Of a stretch of DNA of 64,000 nt, positions 61,186-64,000 are shown piece by piece. A model generated the notes under the pieces. That model had not been told where the DNA came from. It saw only the letters and a list, made by a program, of their open reading frames with translations, and made no database searches. The stretch is from Eledone cirrhosa (taxonomy: Eukaryota): positions 430,714,001 to 430,778,000 of the forward strand of contig OZ024740.1 of NCBI GenBank assembly GCA_964016885.1, in the 5' to 3' direction. Every line of letters begins with the position of its first letter. Position 1 is the stretch's first letter. The position numbers and the translations under genes were made by a program.

Positions 61186-63279
61186 TAATTCCTGTCGCTT
61201 ATTTAATAGGATATCCTTAGATTTCATTATTTCAAATAGTTCTTGGGAACACAATCTACATTCATTTCTATTATTTTGATAAGGGGTGGCTCTTTTGAGC
61301 ACACTCCAGGTCATATCATATTCTATATTCTTATTTCTATAACTATTAATTTTTTCTGCTAGAGATGTTGTATTAGCCAGTGCGGCATTTTTAAAACTAT
61401 TTTTGTGGGTATTAAACCTTACCTTAAAATTGTTAGAAGTAGCTCCTATATATGAGCAAATAGAATCTTTAGTTTTAACTTTACATTTATAAACTATGTT
61501 GTTAACAAGACAATTTCCTTTTAATGGGCAGTTTGCTTTGTTTCTACAGTTACAACCTTTCGTTAATTCTGTATTTGAGGAGATATTATGGTTAGTTTGA
61601 TGTATTGGTGGTATACTTATGGTTTTTTTACATTTATATGCATTATAGGCACTTATATTTTGTTTTATGTTTTTGGTTGTTGAGTATGAGAATTTAACTG
61701 TTGATCTATTTAAGATTTGATGGTATTTGTGGTTTGGCGGGAATTTTTTCTCTAGGATATTAAAAATTTTTTTAGCAATATTATCCTTAATTTGTAAATT
61801 AAATGGAGCATTATACCAAGTAACTCGTCTATTACGGTTTCTATGTTGTTTATTGTTTTTATAGGATGCATCGTGATGTTTACTAGGAGGATTAATGTTA
61901 ATGACCTCACCACGCACATTTTTAGTTAGATTTATTGATTTAGGTGTTTTAGCTTGTTTATTAGGAGTTTTATTATTAACATTTATTAGAGTTGTATGAT
62001 GAGTAGTTTTTTGAGAGTTACTATACTTTATATTAGAGGAGTTAGAGAAATTTGGTTTTATGTTGGTATTTTGGGGTATAGTGTGAGTGGCATTTAGGTG
62101 TGTACTTTTCATTTGGTGTTTGTTGGTAATATTAGGTTGTATGTTTATAGTGTTATTAGTAGAAGGTATATATTCCAATCTATTTTTGTGGCCACTTCTA
62201 TCTAGAGCTTCGTTATAGAAGGTCGCATTTTTATCAAATACATCTTGGTTAGACGAAAGGTTAGAAATTCTAAGTGATATATTATATGCAAGGTTTTTAA
62301 GGATAGATTTAGGGTGATTAGATTGTGAGTGTATGTAGTGTAAGTTTTGGTTGGGTTTATGGTAAGGTTGGTAGATACCCGTAGCTAAGTCTAAAGTTAT
62401 ATCTAGGAAATTAACTACTTTACTTGTGTTTTCAAAAGTAATATGAAGACTATAATAGTCTTTAAGGAAAGTTCTAATAAGCTTTTTGTTTTTTTCTATT
62501 TCTGAGAGGCTAAGGTTGTTGGAAAGAAGAAGACAGTCATCACGATATAAACCACCTTTAAGGTGGGGAAAGGAAGCATTTATGTTAAAAAGAAGAAAGA
62601 GGCCCACAAGATCAGTAATTTGGGCAGAATCGCTTGAACCCATAGTAATATCAAATAGATTACTATATGTGTTTCTGGTCCAGTATTCATTCTGAAATTC
62701 AATAAGTGTTAGTCTAGCATGTGTAATAATATTAATGTCATCCAAAGTTAAGTTAGATCTATTTTTAGCAAATATCAAAGCTTTGTTCAGGAGTATAGGT
62801 GATATAGAAGAATAGTAATTATCTATATCAAATTGTAGAAATGAAGCAGAAGATTTACATCTAATATTTTTAAACCAGTTAATTACCTGGGAAGTGTTTT
62901 CCCAGAGTGGTAAATTAACATGTTTTCTTATTTGTGGGATGACTCTATCCAAAATTTTTTTGCTAATTATTCCAATATCAGATTTGGAGGGACATATAAG
63001 TCTTATAGAAGGATTTGAGTTAAAGTTTGATTTATGATCTTTCAGGTTGAAGTGTGGTCTTTTCAATGCCAAAGGTTCAGTTCTATCTTCAATATTTAGT
63101 TTATTCACTATGTTGTGTGTTTTGTTGTTGATGTTGGTGAGTGACGCATTATTAGTTTTTCTATAATTTTTCCTGAGTTCTTTATATATGAACTCATTAT
63201 AATTTTCAATATCCATGTGATATAAGTTTCCAGTTTTGTCCGAGTGGACATGGATTTTTTTAGACTTTTTTAGGTCCAT
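61129..63279 (-). CDS. Penelope-like element RT + C-terminal GIY-YIG (Hydra-clade-like), 5'-truncated, open frame 716 aa
   Basis: [89 protein letters not shown]. Confidence 0.9.
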
Positions 63280-63338
63280 AGATTTATCTACATATATGTA
63301 TATATATATATGTATATATATATATGTATATATATATA

Positions 63339-63463
<125 letters not shown>

Positions 63464-63512
63464 GTATATATATATATACATATATATCTTGCTAAACAAA
63501 TTCAGAAACGAA

Positions 63513-63594
<82 letters not shown>

Positions 63595-63595
63595 G

Positions 63596-63642
<47 letters not shown>

Positions 63643-63781
63643 GTATATACATGGAAAGTTATATTTAAATTGTTGGGTTACAACTAGTAAATATTTATAA
63701 CTGATATAAAAGCACTCGACAAGTATTTGGAGTATATTTACGATATTAAATAAATGGAAACTATATTTATAAAACCATATT

Positions 63782-63847
63782 TATTTCATTATATATATTT
63801 CAGGGATATCATATTAACAATATGCTATGCCTTCCTCAGACAAAATA
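63782..63847 (-). ncRNA. Type I hammerhead ribozyme, family J
   Basis: UAUUUUGU CUGAGGA AGGcAUAgCAUAUU guu AAUAUGaUAUcCCU GAAA UAUAUA UA^AUGAAAUA. Confidence 0.75.
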
Positions 63848-64000
63848 CAATATAGACAGTTTTATAGATAAATAGATTTGACATACCGTTCAACATCGAC
63901 TTGTATTTGAAAAGTTGATTTGGCAGTGAAAAAAATTGTAAACAGAAAGAAAGAGAGAAAAAAGGAAAGAAAGAAAAGAAAGAAAGAAAACGAAGAAAAA

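Overview
Eukaryotic, gene-free, repeat-saturated window. It is probably from an octopus, inferred from the SINE/RTE types and the extreme (TA)n load. There is a 200-N gap at 1993-2192. Degenerate (TA)n microsatellite blocks separate many retroelement insertions: two RTE-LINE subfamilies, a near-intact CR1-group LINE, a Tx1/L1-type fragment, tRNA-headed SINEs, a non-autonomous Helitron, and Penelope-like elements (PLEs) resembling the Neptune, Nematis and Hydra clades. All long Ile/Tyr-rich ORFs are microsatellite artefacts. The main hidden signal is RNA structure. By eye I find 26 type-I hammerhead-ribozyme (HHR) motifs in about 11 sequence families, nearly all with a short palindromic stem III. 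They include U3-A8 and C4 core variants, a branched stem II and a 104-nt stem II. Two families are non-coding repeat units of about 460 nt and 593 nt with one HHR per unit, resembling retrozymes (predicted circular RNAs). Most HHR elements share a back-to-back inverted 5' architecture inside (TA)n. Folds were derived by hand, and no activity or database search was run.
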